In this document: one piece after another, positions 17,864 to 27,754 of the stretch
Layout of the letters: each line of letters opens with the position of its first letter
Position numbering within the stretch: position 1 is the first letter of the stretch
Assembly: GCA_965369375.1 (NCBI GenBank)
Contig: CBDUQN010000008.1
Location: 654-64,653 of the forward strand
Source: an uncultured bacterium
GTDB taxonomy: Bacteria; Krumholzibacteriota; Krumholzibacteriia; Krumholzibacteriales; Krumholzibacteriaceae
Length of the DNA: 64,000 nt
Direction: 5' to 3'
Made by a program: the position numbers and the translations under genes
The notes under the pieces: generated by a model
The model's input: the letters and a program-made list of their open reading frames with translations, nothing else
Databases searched by the model: none
Told to the model about the DNA's origin: nothing

Positions 17864-19696
17864 ATGTGCGGGATTATCGGATATATAGGGAAAAGCGATG
17901 AAGTGGGCGATATTCTGATCGAGGGACTCAAACGTCTGGAGTACCGGGGATACGATTCCGCGGGTATCAGCATTGTGAGGGGCGGCTCGCTGGTTTGGGA
18001 GAAGACAGAGGGCAAGATCAAACAGTTGGAGGAGAGGCTGAGGGATATCGATATTTCCGGGAGCCTCGGCATAGCGCACACACGATGGGCTACCCACGGA
18101 GAGCCGAACCGGACGAACGCGCATCCGCATTTCGATTGTTCGGAGCGGATCGCTCTCGTTCATAACGGGATCATAGAAAATTATCAGACATTGAAGAAAT
18201 CTCTCTCAGTCGAGAATCATACGTTCATCACGGAAACGGATACCGAGGTCCTCGCTCATTTGATCGAAAAGTATTACAACGGCAGCAACCTCGAGGACGC
18301 CGTTCAGAAATCCCTGCAGCTCGTCGAAGGAACGTATGGCTTGCTCGTCATCTCATCCGCCGAGCCCGGGAAGATCGTCGGCGCCCGCAATGGATCGCCG
18401 GTTGTCGTCGGCATCGGGGAGGACGAATACTTCATCGCGAGCGACGTCGCAGCGATACTCAAGCATACGCGCCAGGTGATCTATCTCGAAGATCACCAGA
18501 TGATCGTTGCGACGCCGGATGGATTCACGACGATGACGATCGAGAACGAAGAGGTCGAGTGTGAGGTCCAGGAGGTCGATTGGGATCTCGACATGATCGA
18601 AAAGAAAGGATTCCCGCATTTCATGCTCAAGGAGATTTTCGAGCAACCCGAGACGATCAAGGATTCGATGAGAGGCCGATTTATCCCATCAATCGGCGAT
18701 GCGCGGCTCGGGGGTCTCGAGGAGGTGAAAGATAAGCTCAGAGCGGCGAAAAGAATCGTTCTGATCGGATGCGGCACGAGTTGGCACGCCGCACTGATCG
18801 GTGAGTATCTGATAGAGGAAAAGGCGCGATTGCCCGTAGAAGTCGAGTACGCGAGCGAATTCAGGTATCGAAATCCCATCATGGATGAGGGAACCCTCGT
18901 ATTCGTCATCAGTCAATCCGGCGAGACGGTCGATACGCTCGCCGCGCTCAGGGAAGCGACCAAACGCGGCGCCCCGTGCATGGGGATATGCAACGTCGTG
19001 GGGAGCACCATCGCGCGTGAGTCGGAAGCGGGCGTATACATACACGCCGGACCGGAGATCGGTGTTGCATCGACAAAGGCTTTTACCTCGCAGATAACGG
19101 TTCTCGGCCTTCTCGCCCTTCTGCTGGGCCGCATGAGAGATATCTCAGCAGCCGAAGGAATGGAGATGATAGAATCGATGCAGGCGTTGCCGGGACAGGT
19201 GCGGCAGATTCTGGAGTCGAACGAGGAGATCAAGAAGATATCGGAGATTTACGCTCATCATAATAATTTCCTCTATCTCGGCAGAGGAGCGAACTATCCC
19301 GTTGCGCTCGAGGGCGCCCTGAAACTCAAGGAAATATCGTACGTGCACGCGGAGGGGTATCCGGCGGCTGAGATGAAACATGGCCCGATCGCCCTGATCG
19401 ATGAAAATATGCCGGTCGTCTTTATTTGCCCGAAGGACAACGCGTACCAGAAGATCGTCGGTAATATAAACGAGGTTCGGGCGCGGAAGGGCAAGATCAT
19501 CGCCATTACAAATGAAGGCAACGATGAGGTCATTGACATGGCGGATCATGTGATCTTTATTCCCCGCACGCTTGATTTTCTCTATCCGATCCTCGCCGCT
19601 ATTCCCCTGCAGCTCATGGCCTATCAAATTGCGGTTATCAGGGGATGTGACGTCGATCAACCGCGCAACCTCGCGAAGAGTGTAACGGTGGAGTAG
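17864..19696 (+). CDS. glmS: Glutamine--fructose-6-phosphate aminotransferase (isomerizing)
   Basis: MCGIIGYIG Ntn-Cys start, two SIS domains and C-terminal LAKSVTVE. Confidence 0.97.
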   Translation: MCGIIGYIGKSDEVGDILIEGLKRLEYRGYDSAGISIVRGGSLVWEKTEGKIKQLEERLRDIDISGSLGIAHTRWATHGEPNRTNAHPHFDCSERIALVHNGIIENYQTLKKSLSVENHTFITETDTEVLAHLIEKYYNGSNLEDAVQKSLQLVEGTYGLLVISSAEPGKIVGARNGSPVVVGIGEDEYFIASDVAAILKHTRQVIYLEDHQMIVATPDGFTTMTIENEEVECEVQEVDWDLDMIEKKGFPHFMLKEIFEQPETIKDSMRGRFIPSIGDARLGGLEEVKDKLRAAKRIVLIGCGTSWHAALIGEYLIEEKARLPVEVEYASEFRYRNPIMDEGTLVFVISQSGETVDTLAALREATKRGAPCMGICNVVGSTIARESEAGVYIHAGPEIGVASTKAFTSQITVLGLLALLLGRMRDISAAEGMEMIESMQALPGQVRQILESNEEIKKISEIYAHHNNFLYLGRGANYPVALEGALKLKEISYVHAEGYPAAEMKHGPIALIDENMPVVFICPKDNAYQKIVGNINEVRARKGKIIAITNEGNDEVIDMADHVIFIPRTLDFLYPILAAIPLQLMAYQIAVIRGCDVDQPRNLAKSVTVE

Positions 19697-19754
19697 AGTC
19701 GATCGCTTGCTGCTTAAACAACAATAGCATTGCTTTTCAAACAAGGAGGTACCG

Positions 19755-20135
19755 GTGAAAGAAGTTATCAGTACGGATGCATCTCCGGCCGCCGTCGGAC
19801 CGTACAGTCAGGCTGTGAGGGCCGGTGATTTTCTCTTTGTCTCAGGCCAGATCGGGCTCGATCCGAATACGGGCACGATGGTCGGCGGCGGAGTCGAAGA
19901 GCAGTGCAGGAAGGTGCTCGATAATCTGAAGGCCATTCTCGCCGCGGGCGGTCTCGACATGGGGGCCGTCATCAAGGCGACCGTATACCTTCAGTCGATA
20001 GACGATTTCAAGGCGGTCAACGAAATATACAAACAATACTTCGACGGAGATTACCCTGCTCGAGCCGCTTTCGAAGTCGGCCGGCTGCCGCTGGGAGCCC
20101 TCGTCGAGATCGAGGCGGTCGCGTACTTCGGTTAA
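19755..20135 (+). CDS. ridA: RidA/YjgF family reactive-intermediate deaminase
   Basis: 126 aa with AAVGPYSQAV and ARAAFEVGRLPLGALVEIEAVA. GTG start preceded by AGGAGG. Confidence 0.9.
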   Translation: MKEVISTDASPAAVGPYSQAVRAGDFLFVSGQIGLDPNTGTMVGGGVEEQCRKVLDNLKAILAAGGLDMGAVIKATVYLQSIDDFKAVNEIYKQYFDGDYPARAAFEVGRLPLGALVEIEAVAYFG

Positions 20136-20182
20136 GTAACTTCTTTACAGCGTTTGCCGCACAAATTATTATCTATACTAAC

Positions 20183-20280
20183 GGGAGTGGATAGGTTCTG
20201 GTGGACCTCGAGGACTTCAAATCCTTCCGCTGGGTGCTAAAACCATCCGGGGTGGGTTCGATTCCCACACATTCCCGCCA
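20183..20280 (+). tRNA. selC: tRNA-Sec (selenocysteine), anticodon TCA, CCA encoded
   Basis: 98 nt. Acceptor GGGAGTGG / ACATTCCC (7 bp plus 1 mismatch) with G73. 6-bp D stem AGGTTC/GGACCT with 4-nt loop TGGT. Anticodon arm GAGGA-CTTCAAA-TCCTT (TCA at 20217-20219). About 25-nt variable arm (GGGTG...CATCC). T arm GTGGG-TTCGATT-CCCAC. Same layout as E. coli selC. Confidence 0.85.
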
Positions 20281-20295
20281 CTTTGTTATTAATTT

Positions 20296-21093
20296 ATGGG
20301 TGTGAGCCTGGGCAAGGCTCCACCGGCATGTAGGGTCCTCTCTATGCGATACGGCCGCCCGGCGAGAAAGCTGCATCACCTCTGGGTACTGACAAACCGG
20401 TTTCCGGCGCTTTTAACCGTCTATTCGATGATCATCCTGTCAGGGTTGGCGCCGCCGCTAGCCGCATCCAAGCCACATGCGGTCGATTCGGATACAACGG
20501 CGGCGAGCGACACAAGCGGTGCTTTCCCGCCACAAGCTTCCGGTGTTTCCGATACAGACGCCTCGATCGATACCATGCGCATTGAAGACTCAATGACCGG
20601 TGCGCACGAGCCTATGTGGACGAAGGAGGAACTGAAAGACGCGATCGAACGGCAATCAGGTATCATCGCTGAAGGGGAGGAGACATGGAAGAACACGAAA
20701 AGTCCCAAGACGGCCATGCTCTGCGCTCTTCTCGTGCCCGGCCTGGGTCAGATATACAATGAACGTCCCTTCAAGGCCATGATTGCGTTCGGCGTCGAAA
20801 CGTTTTACCTCAGCCAGATAGCATTGAATAAACGGTATGCGGAGCGGCAGAGAAATCTCCGCGATCAGTACGATTATGAAGATCCCGATGAACGGAACCA
20901 GTGGACATTTCATGATATATGGGCCACCGAGCATGATGAACGCGCGCAGGACTGGATCTGGTGGTCGGTGGGGATTATCGCTCTCATTGTTCTCGATGCA
21001 TATATAGATGCTCATATGCACGACATGAGGATAGAGGTGGGAAAGAGGCCCCAGCAGGACGAAGTCGCGGTGATGTTTACCTTCAAATTTTGA
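20296..21093 (+). CDS. DUF5683 domain membrane protein (start uncertain: 20296, 20344 or 20428)
   Basis: KSPKTAMLCALLVPGLGQIYNERPFKAMIAFGVETFYL matches the DUF5683 core common in Bacteroidota/FCB lineages. N-terminal S/T/D/A-rich low-complexity region and a C-terminal TM segment. Confidence 0.6.
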   Translation: MGVSLGKAPPACRVLSMRYGRPARKLHHLWVLTNRFPALLTVYSMIILSGLAPPLAASKPHAVDSDTTAASDTSGAFPPQASGVSDTDASIDTMRIEDSMTGAHEPMWTKEELKDAIERQSGIIAEGEETWKNTKSPKTAMLCALLVPGLGQIYNERPFKAMIAFGVETFYLSQIALNKRYAERQRNLRDQYDYEDPDERNQWTFHDIWATEHDERAQDWIWWSVGIIALIVLDAYIDAHMHDMRIEVGKRPQQDEVAVMFTFKF

Positions 21094-21220
21094 GCGGATG
21101 CAGCGGTTTGAAAGGAGTCGCACGAAATTTGAATTCCCCTCTTGAATTAATTGGAAATGAAGGAACCTTTGTGTATATTGATGCGTATCAAAGAGACATG
21201 AGGGAGAATCGGAGGTGTTC

Positions 21221-21829
21221 ATGAGCTCCGCGCAATCGAAAAAGAGGAAATCCAAGTTCCGGGAATATGTAGAGATAGTCGTAACCGCGGTCGTTCTCGC
21301 CCTCATCGTTCGCGCGCTGATAGTCCAGAGTTATCATATCCCGTCGGAATCAATGGAAAACACCCTGCTGAAGGGCGACTTCCTTTTCGCGAACAAATTC
21401 ATCTATGGCGCCAGGGTGCCTATCGTCGATTGGCGATTCCCGGCAGTCAGAGAGCCGAAAGAAGGGGACATTGTTATATTCAAGTTTCCCGGTGATGGAA
21501 AGACCGATTATATCAAGCGCTGCGTGGCGGTCGAGGGTCAGACCGTAGAGCTGCGTGGGACGAAGCTCTACGTCGAGGGCGAGGAAGTCAAAGAGGAATA
21601 CGCCAAATATGTTCATGGCGATAGACGTGGGAGGGATTACGGACCGTTCGTGGTTCCAGAGGATCATATCTTCGTTATGGGGGATAACCGCGATAACAGT
21701 TACGACTCCCGATTCTGGGGGCCGCTGAACAAGAAGTATCTGAGAGGGCAGGCTCTGTTCATATATTTTTCCATCGATTACGGCAAGAAATGGCTTCGAT
21801 TCAACAGGATCGGAGATCTGATACGGTAG
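21221..21829 (+). CDS. lepB: Signal peptidase I
   Basis: SESMENTL (catalytic Ser), YIKRCVAVEG (Lys) and GDNRDNSYDSRFWG. GGAGG (21211-21215) lies 5 nt before ATG 21221. Confidence 0.93.
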   Translation: MSSAQSKKRKSKFREYVEIVVTAVVLALIVRALIVQSYHIPSESMENTLLKGDFLFANKFIYGARVPIVDWRFPAVREPKEGDIVIFKFPGDGKTDYIKRCVAVEGQTVELRGTKLYVEGEEVKEEYAKYVHGDRRGRDYGPFVVPEDHIFVMGDNRDNSYDSRFWGPLNKKYLRGQALFIYFSIDYGKKWLRFNRIGDLIR

Positions 21830-21860
21830 GGGATCACTCCCGCGATCCCGTTCTTTCCTC
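21830..21860 (+). terminator. Possible intrinsic terminator after lepB
   Basis: GGGATC (21830-21835) pairs with GATCCC (21844-21849) over an 8-nt loop, followed by the pyrimidine-rich GTTCTTTCCTC. The T tract is weak. Confidence 0.3.
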
Positions 21861-21901
21861 TAAAAGCGAGCCGATCAATTCCTCGGGGCGCATCAGCGTG
21901 C

Positions 21902-21930
21902 TTGACAAGGTAGCCATTTATTTCTACATT
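21902..21930 (+). promoter_or_regulatory. Candidate sigma70-type promoter of the hrcA-grpE-dnaK-dnaJ operon
   Basis: TTGACA (21902-21907), 17-nt spacer, TACATT (21925-21930). Confidence 0.4.
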
Positions 21931-21975
21931 TCACTAGACTAGATATGCAGCAGTCGAACAGGGAGAATGTTGACC

Positions 21976-23013
21976 ATGAAACGAGAGAGAGACATAACTC
22001 CTTCTGAAATAGGATTTTTGAAGAATATCGTCGATCTCTATATACAGACCGGCGGGCCGGTCAGTTCGAGTTCGCTCAAGACATCATTCCGGCTCGGAGA
22101 GAGTACGGCGGGGATACGCAAGATCATGCATAGACTCGAGGAAAAGGGGTATCTGCAAAAGCCGCACGTCTCGGCGGGCCGCATTCCGACCGACATCGGC
22201 TACCGGTTCTACGTGGATGAAATCAGGACTTTCAAGCCTCTCAATGCAAGGATTGTAGAAGAGATACAGAGCAAGATACGCCGTGACTGGAGTGATGTGA
22301 GGGACGTTATGTACCGGACCTCACGGATTCTCGGGGAGCTTACGAGTTATATGGGTATCATCATGGGCATATTCGATTCGCAGTGGGTCGTCAGGCGGCT
22401 GCAAATTATTCAGCTCGAAGGTGGAAAGGGACTTGCCGTTTTGACGCTCATTCCCCATGAAGAGAGAAAACTGATCATCGATTTTCCGAAACGGTATCCC
22501 GCTTCCGTGATCGACCGCTCCGTTCAGATCATAAACGAAAGGATTGCGAGCTATCCACTCGGGGAGGCCCAGGAGCGGCTCGATGAATACCTGCGTAGCG
22601 GCGGGGGTGTCGAGCGTGAGATAGCAGAGATCATATCGGCCGAGGCGGAGTATCTCTTCGACTGGGTATATGATCTAAAGTATCATTTTAAAGGATTCGA
22701 GGAACAGACTGCAATTCCAGAACTTAACAATACGAAAACCCTCCAGAATCTCGTGCGGATAATGGGCGAGAGGAACATCATGCTGAAGGTGCTCAAGAGC
22801 CGATTCGAAGATGATGTTTCGGTTACGATCGGCCACGAGAATGAAGAAGAAGGACTCGAAGATTTCTCCTTGGTAACGAGGAGATTCGATGCCGGCATGT
22901 GCGGCGGTATCCTCGGAATACTGGGGCCGACGCGTATGAGTTATCGCATGGTTTTATCCATTTTGAAGCGAATGGCAGAAGAGTTGCAACAGCTCGAGCT
23001 TAAAGGATCGTAG
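21976..23013 (+). CDS. hrcA: Heat-inducible transcriptional repressor HrcA
   Basis: About 345 aa with an N-terminal winged-helix region (GGPVSSSSLK) and an HrcA C-terminal domain. It is the first gene of the grpE-dnaK-dnaJ cluster. ATG 21976 has better SD spacing (GGGAGA 21961-21966) than ATG 21967. Confidence 0.85.
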   Translation: MKRERDITPSEIGFLKNIVDLYIQTGGPVSSSSLKTSFRLGESTAGIRKIMHRLEEKGYLQKPHVSAGRIPTDIGYRFYVDEIRTFKPLNARIVEEIQSKIRRDWSDVRDVMYRTSRILGELTSYMGIIMGIFDSQWVVRRLQIIQLEGGKGLAVLTLIPHEERKLIIDFPKRYPASVIDRSVQIINERIASYPLGEAQERLDEYLRSGGGVEREIAEIISAEAEYLFDWVYDLKYHFKGFEEQTAIPELNNTKTLQNLVRIMGERNIMLKVLKSRFEDDVSVTIGHENEEEGLEDFSLVTRRFDAGMCGGILGILGPTRMSYRMVLSILKRMAEELQQLELKGS

Positions 23014-23033
23014 CGAAACGCTTTGAAGCCCGC

Positions 23034-23867
23034 GTGAGGAGAATTTATATTCCTGAGAATGATAGAGGCTTTGAAAACAAATATGATGAGGAAGCCGTGG
23101 AGTCGGCCGATGAGAAACGCACACCTTCCGATTCGGTCGGATTATCCCTCGGCGATAGATCGGAATCTGTCGTTAATGACGAAAATGAAAGAAAAGTGTC
23201 CAACTCGCCACTGGAGGAACCTCCTCTGCGGAATGGAAATGCAGCGGAGGGCGGCAAAACAACGGATGGGAATAAAGTGACTGAAGAGAAAATCCAGAAG
23301 AAGAGTGATGTGGAAGCAGAGAAGGAACACGTGCAAAAACGCACAAAGCGGGCCGGTCGAAAGCAGTTGCTCGAACTCATACAGCGGAAGAACGACAAGC
23401 TTCTGGAAATGAAAAAAAAGGCGAAAGAAGTTCAGAAAGCTTTTGAAATTCAAGAAGATAGGCTTCTCCGCATGGCTGCTGAGTTTGAAAATTACAAGAA
23501 GCGCACGAGACGGGAATGGGAATTGCTTCAACAGAAAGCGAACGCGGGGATTATCGAAGATATTCTCATTGTCCTGGATGATTTCGATCGGGCGCTCGAA
23601 GCGGGCGAAGATGAGGAAGGTCATTTCGCAAGCGGTGTAAGATTGATCTACAATGGATTCCTCGAAGTGCTCAGGCGTAACGGATTGAAGGAGATAGAGG
23701 CGCACAACCGTCCTTTCGATCCGCAGTTTCATGAGGCGATCAGTGAGGTGGAGAGTGAGGAGATCGAAGATGGTCACGTGGCACATGTCGTTCGAAAAGG
23801 GTATTTGCTCAACGAACATCTGCTGAGGCCTTCGAGAGTGGTAGTTGCAAAAAAGAAGCAGGATTAA
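23034..23867 (+). CDS. grpE: Nucleotide exchange factor GrpE with a long low-complexity N-terminal extension
   Basis: Conserved core [15 protein letters not shown] ... [16 protein letters not shown]. The first ~120 aa are E/K/S-rich with no recognisable domain, so the GTG 23034 start is uncertain. Confidence 0.85.
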   Translation: MRRIYIPENDRGFENKYDEEAVESADEKRTPSDSVGLSLGDRSESVVNDENERKVSNSPLEEPPLRNGNAAEGGKTTDGNKVTEEKIQKKSDVEAEKEHVQKRTKRAGRKQLLELIQRKNDKLLEMKKKAKEVQKAFEIQEDRLLRMAAEFENYKKRTRREWELLQQKANAGIIEDILIVLDDFDRALEAGEDEEGHFASGVRLIYNGFLEVLRRNGLKEIEAHNRPFDPQFHEAISEVESEEIEDGHVAHVVRKGYLLNEHLLRPSRVVVAKKKQD

Positions 23868-23901
23868 TTCACTTGGAGAAAATTCTACAAGGGGATCAGG
23901 A

Positions 23902-25740
23902 ATGGGAAAAGTAATCGGAATAGATCTCGGAACAACAAACTCGTGTGTCGCAATTATCGAAGGTGGCGAGCCGGTCATTGTTCCGAACGCCGAAGGTGGC
24001 AGGACCACTCCCTCGATCGTCGCATTCGCCAAGAACAACGAGAGACTCGTTGGACAGCTCGCGAAGCGGCAGGCGATCACCAACCCCGATGACACGATAT
24101 ATTCGATAAAGCGGTTCATGGGCAGGCGGTTTTCGGAGATCAAGGATGAGGTGGAAAGGGTTGCATACAGAACCGAGAAGGGGAAAAACGACGAGATACT
24201 GATCAGGCTCAAGGAAAAGAGCTACCGTCCCGCGGAGATTTCCGCGATGATCCTTCGCGCTGTCAAGCAGTATAGCGAGGAATATATCGGGGAAGAAGTG
24301 ACGCGGGCCGTTATCACCGTTCCCGCCTACTTCAACGACGGACAGCGGCAGGCGACGAAGGATGCGGGCAAGATAGCGGGCCTCGAGGTTCTGCGGATAG
24401 TAAACGAGCCGACGGCGGCCGCGCTCGCATACGGGCTCGAAAAGGAAAAAGTCGGCAAAATCGCCGTCTATGATCTCGGCGGCGGCACGTTCGATATATC
24501 GATTCTCGAGCTCAGTGACGGCGTTTATCAGGTGAAATCGACGAGCGGAGATACGTTGCTCGGCGGAGATGATTTCGATCGCGTGATCATGGATTGGATC
24601 GTCGAAGAGTTCAAAAAGGCCGAAGACATAGATCTCGCCAAGGACAAAATGGCGATGCAGCGGATTCGCGAGGCGGCCGAGAAGGCCAAGTGCGAGCTGA
24701 GCACCGTTCACGAGACGAATATCAACCTGCCCTTTATCTGCGCCGATGACAGCGGTCCGAGACATCTCGATATGGTTCTCGACCGCGCGAAGATGGAGAT
24801 GCTGGTTCTCCCACTCGTTCAGAAGACCGTCGGACCATGCAAGTCTGCGCTCAAAGACGCGGGTCTTACGGCCAAGGATATCGATGAGGTGATCCTTGTC
24901 GGTGGCTCCACGAGAATTCCCGCGGTGCGCAAGCTCGTAAACGACTTCTTCAAGAAGGAGCCCCACAAGGGCGTCAATCCCGATGAGGTCGTTGCACTGG
25001 GTGCCGCCATTCAGGCGGGTGTTCTCTCCGGCGAGGTCGAAGAGATTCTGCTCCTCGACGTGACGCCGCTGAGCCTCGGTATCGAAACGCTCGGCGGTCT
25101 CATGACGACGCTTATCGAGCGCAATACGACGATTCCCTGCAGAAAGAGTCAGATCTTCTCGACGGCGATGGATAACCAGCCGGCGGTGAGCATCCATGTT
25201 CTCCAGGGAGAGCGTGAGCTCTCGAAAGACAACCGCACGCTTGCGAGGTTCGATCTCATAGGCATGCCTCCCGCTCCGCGGGGTATTCCGCAGATCGAGG
25301 TGGCCTTCGATATCGACGCCAACGGCATCGTCAGTGTTTCTGCAAAGGATCTCGGGACGGGCAAGGAGCAACAGATCGAAGTGAAGATTTCGAGTGGCCT
25401 TTCGCGGGAAGAAATCGATAAAATGATTCATGACGCTGAAGAGCATGCGGTAGAGGACGAGGAGAGACGGCAGGTTGTACGGGTAAGAAACGAGGCGGAA
25501 ATCCTCATATACACTACCGAGCAGACATTGAAGGAACATTCAAAGGAGATCGCTGAAGAGGACCGTGTGAAAATAGACACGGCGCTGGCTGAGCTCAAGG
25601 AATTGATGAAATCCAAAGATCCTGATGTCAAAGAGGTCAAGAAAAAGACGGAAACACTCTCCGTTAGCGTGTACAAGATCGCGGAAATCATGTACAGTAC
25701 GTCGGCACGGGAAGACTTTTTAGAGGGCGGGAATAAATAG
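23902..25740 (+). CDS. dnaK: Molecular chaperone DnaK (Hsp70)
   Basis: [22 protein letters not shown] and [11 protein letters not shown]. The tracked ORF's upstream extension (23845) overlaps grpE and is not used. Confidence 0.97.
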   Translation: MGKVIGIDLGTTNSCVAIIEGGEPVIVPNAEGGRTTPSIVAFAKNNERLVGQLAKRQAITNPDDTIYSIKRFMGRRFSEIKDEVERVAYRTEKGKNDEILIRLKEKSYRPAEISAMILRAVKQYSEEYIGEEVTRAVITVPAYFNDGQRQATKDAGKIAGLEVLRIVNEPTAAALAYGLEKEKVGKIAVYDLGGGTFDISILELSDGVYQVKSTSGDTLLGGDDFDRVIMDWIVEEFKKAEDIDLAKDKMAMQRIREAAEKAKCELSTVHETNINLPFICADDSGPRHLDMVLDRAKMEMLVLPLVQKTVGPCKSALKDAGLTAKDIDEVILVGGSTRIPAVRKLVNDFFKKEPHKGVNPDEVVALGAAIQAGVLSGEVEEILLLDVTPLSLGIETLGGLMTTLIERNTTIPCRKSQIFSTAMDNQPAVSIHVLQGERELSKDNRTLARFDLIGMPPAPRGIPQIEVAFDIDANGIVSVSAKDLGTGKEQQIEVKISSGLSREEIDKMIHDAEEHAVEDEERRQVVRVRNEAEILIYTTEQTLKEHSKEIAEEDRVKIDTALAELKELMKSKDPDVKEVKKKTETLSVSVYKIAEIMYSTSAREDFLEGGNK

Positions 25741-25792
25741 AGATATCTCAATCTGGGGTTTGTTCGACACTGCATGGTGAGTTAAACGGGGC

Positions 25793-26926
25793 ATGGCAAA
25801 GAGGAACTATTACGAGGTGCTCGGCGTGGAGCGCGGCGCCTCGGTCGACGAGATCAAAAAGGCCTACCGCAAGCTTGCGCTGAAGTTTCACCCTGACAGG
25901 AATCCGGGAGACAAGGAAGCGGAGGAGAAGTTCAAGGAAGCCACCGAGGCTTACGAGGTTCTCCGCGACAGTGAGAAACGTTCCCGGTACGATCAGTTCG
26001 GCCACGCGGGTGTCCCGGGCACGGGTGCGGGCGGATTCGACGGATTCGGCGGCGCCGGATTCGACATCAGTGATGCCCTGCGGGCGTTCATGAGGGATTT
26101 CGGCGGCTTCGAGGACATCTTCGGCGGCCGGTCGCGCAGAAGAGGCGGCCGGACAGTGGTTCGGGGTAACGACCTCCAGGTGCGTGTCAAGCTGACGCTC
26201 AAGGAAGTCGCGAAAGGAACGAAAAAAACGATCCGGATTCACCGGATGGTCTCCTGCTCCGGGTGCGTTGGGTCGGGCGTGAAAGAGGGATCGTCGAAGG
26301 AGACGTGTCCCGCATGTCACGGCACGGGCGAATTGCGGCAGGTTTCGAGATCGCTCTTCGGACAGTTCATGAACATCACCATATGTCCGACATGCAACGG
26401 GGAGGGGAGCATTATCAAGGATCCCTGCTCCGATTGCAGCGGTGAGGGAAGGAAGAAGGGGAGCAAGAGCGTTGAGGTGAAGATTCCAGTCGGGGTGACG
26501 ACGGGGAATTACATTACGCTGGAGGGGCAGGGGGATGCCGGTCCGCGGGGAGGGCCGCCGGGTGATCTCATCATTCTCATCGAGGAGCTCGAGGACGAGG
26601 TTTTCGAACGGCACGGTTACGATATCATCTGCGACATGCCGGTGAGTTTTTCTCGGCTCGCGCTCGGAGGCCGAATCGAGATTCCGACACTTGACGGCAA
26701 GGCCGCACTGACGATCCCGGCGGGGACCCATTCGCACAAGATCTTTCGGCTGCGGGGAAAAGGAATCCCGCGTCTTCACTCGCATGGCCGGGGTGACCAG
26801 CTCGTTCGGCTCGTTGCATGGACGCCGCAGCAACTCAGCAAGACCGAGAAGGAAATCTTCAAAGAGCTCGATGAAAAGGGCACGGAAAAGCCGCCTCCGG
26901 CCGGCAAGAAGATCTACTCCAACTGA
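25793..26926 (+). CDS. dnaJ: Molecular chaperone DnaJ
   Basis: J domain with the HPD motif ([10 protein letters not shown]), a G/F-rich linker and four CxxCxG zinc motifs. Confidence 0.97.
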   Translation: MAKRNYYEVLGVERGASVDEIKKAYRKLALKFHPDRNPGDKEAEEKFKEATEAYEVLRDSEKRSRYDQFGHAGVPGTGAGGFDGFGGAGFDISDALRAFMRDFGGFEDIFGGRSRRRGGRTVVRGNDLQVRVKLTLKEVAKGTKKTIRIHRMVSCSGCVGSGVKEGSSKETCPACHGTGELRQVSRSLFGQFMNITICPTCNGEGSIIKDPCSDCSGEGRKKGSKSVEVKIPVGVTTGNYITLEGQGDAGPRGGPPGDLIILIEELEDEVFERHGYDIICDMPVSFSRLALGGRIEIPTLDGKAALTIPAGTHSHKIFRLRGKGIPRLHSHGRGDQLVRLVAWTPQQLSKTEKEIFKELDEKGTEKPPPAGKKIYSN

Positions 26927-27031
26927 CAGTTTCTCCGACTCCGGCCTCAGACGTACACGCGCCGTTCGCGATCGCTGCACGGTAACTCGCACAATGGACG
27001 AGGGGAAGAAGATTCAAACCGGGGTATCAAG

Positions 27032-27754
27032 GTGACGGATAAAAAGCACTTCGATGTCTCTGAACTGACGCCGTCGGGGGATACGTTCCGGATGACCGGA
27101 CCCGAGTATCATCATATCGTCCGCGTCTCGCGTGTCAAGGTTGGCGAATCGGTGAGGCTTCTAGACGGGAAGGGCGGATTGTATGAGGCGCGCGTCGAGC
27201 GTATGAGCGAGCATGAAACCGTTCTACGAATTCTTTCGCATGAGAAACAATCCGGACCGCCGCCGATCGACATGGCGCTTGCCTTGTTCAAAGCATCGAG
27301 GTTCGACATCGCCGTCGAGAAGTGCTCCGAGCTCGGACTCAGATCCTTTATTCCGTATCTTTGCGAGCGGTGCGTGTGGCGGGGCGGCGGGGAGGAAGCC
27401 GAGCGGAAGCGGGGCCGGATAATGAGAAAAATTCGCGCGGCATGTAAGCAATCGGGACAGGCGAACTTCCCGGCGGTCTCGAAACCGGTTCTGTTCGAAT
27501 CGCTGCTCGAGATGATGCCGTCGTATACCAGCATCCTCGTCGCCGATATCGGCGGCGTGGACCCATCGGAAAAACTCGGGCTTAAGGGTACCGGTTCGAT
27601 ACTCGGCATTGTGGGACCTGAAGGAGGTTTGAGTCCCGCGGAACGAAGTCGCCTTATCGAAGCGGGCGCGGTGGCGGTCTCCCTCGGTGCCTCACGGCTG
27701 CGGAGCGAGACGGCGGCGATATGCATGCTCTACCGGATCCTCGCCGGTGGCTGA
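27032..27754 (+). CDS. rsmE: 16S rRNA (uracil1498-N3)-methyltransferase RsmE
   Basis: PUA-like N-terminus (EYHHIVRVSRVKVGESVRLLDGKG) and SPOUT C-terminus (GPEGGLSPAE ... LGASRLRSETAA). GTG start. Confidence 0.85.
   Translation: MTDKKHFDVSELTPSGDTFRMTGPEYHHIVRVSRVKVGESVRLLDGKGGLYEARVERMSEHETVLRILSHEKQSGPPPIDMALALFKASRFDIAVEKCSELGLRSFIPYLCERCVWRGGGEEAERKRGRIMRKIRAACKQSGQANFPAVSKPVLFESLLEMMPSYTSILVADIGGVDPSEKLGLKGTGSILGIVGPEGGLSPAERSRLIEAGAVAVSLGASRLRSETAAICMLYRILAGG

Noticed and set aside
20272-20533. selC as a genomic-island integration site: the 10-nt tRNA 3' end TTCCCGCCAC recurs at 20524-20533.
   Set aside because: The interval is only ~250 bp and lies inside the DUF5683 ORF. There is no integrase, excisionase or compositional shift. 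A 10-mer match is weak evidence.
23896-25539. Very long antisense ORFs opposite conserved genes: 547 aa opposite dnaK, 576 aa opposite acs (9751-11481), 414 aa opposite dnaJ and rpoD, 364 aa opposite bamA, 366 and 317 aa opposite PFOR, and 387 aa opposite the S9 peptidase.
   Set aside because: These are classic shadow ORFs produced by codon bias in GC-rich genes. Their translations are low-complexity (R/P/L/E-rich) with no motifs, while the sense strands encode unmistakable conserved proteins.
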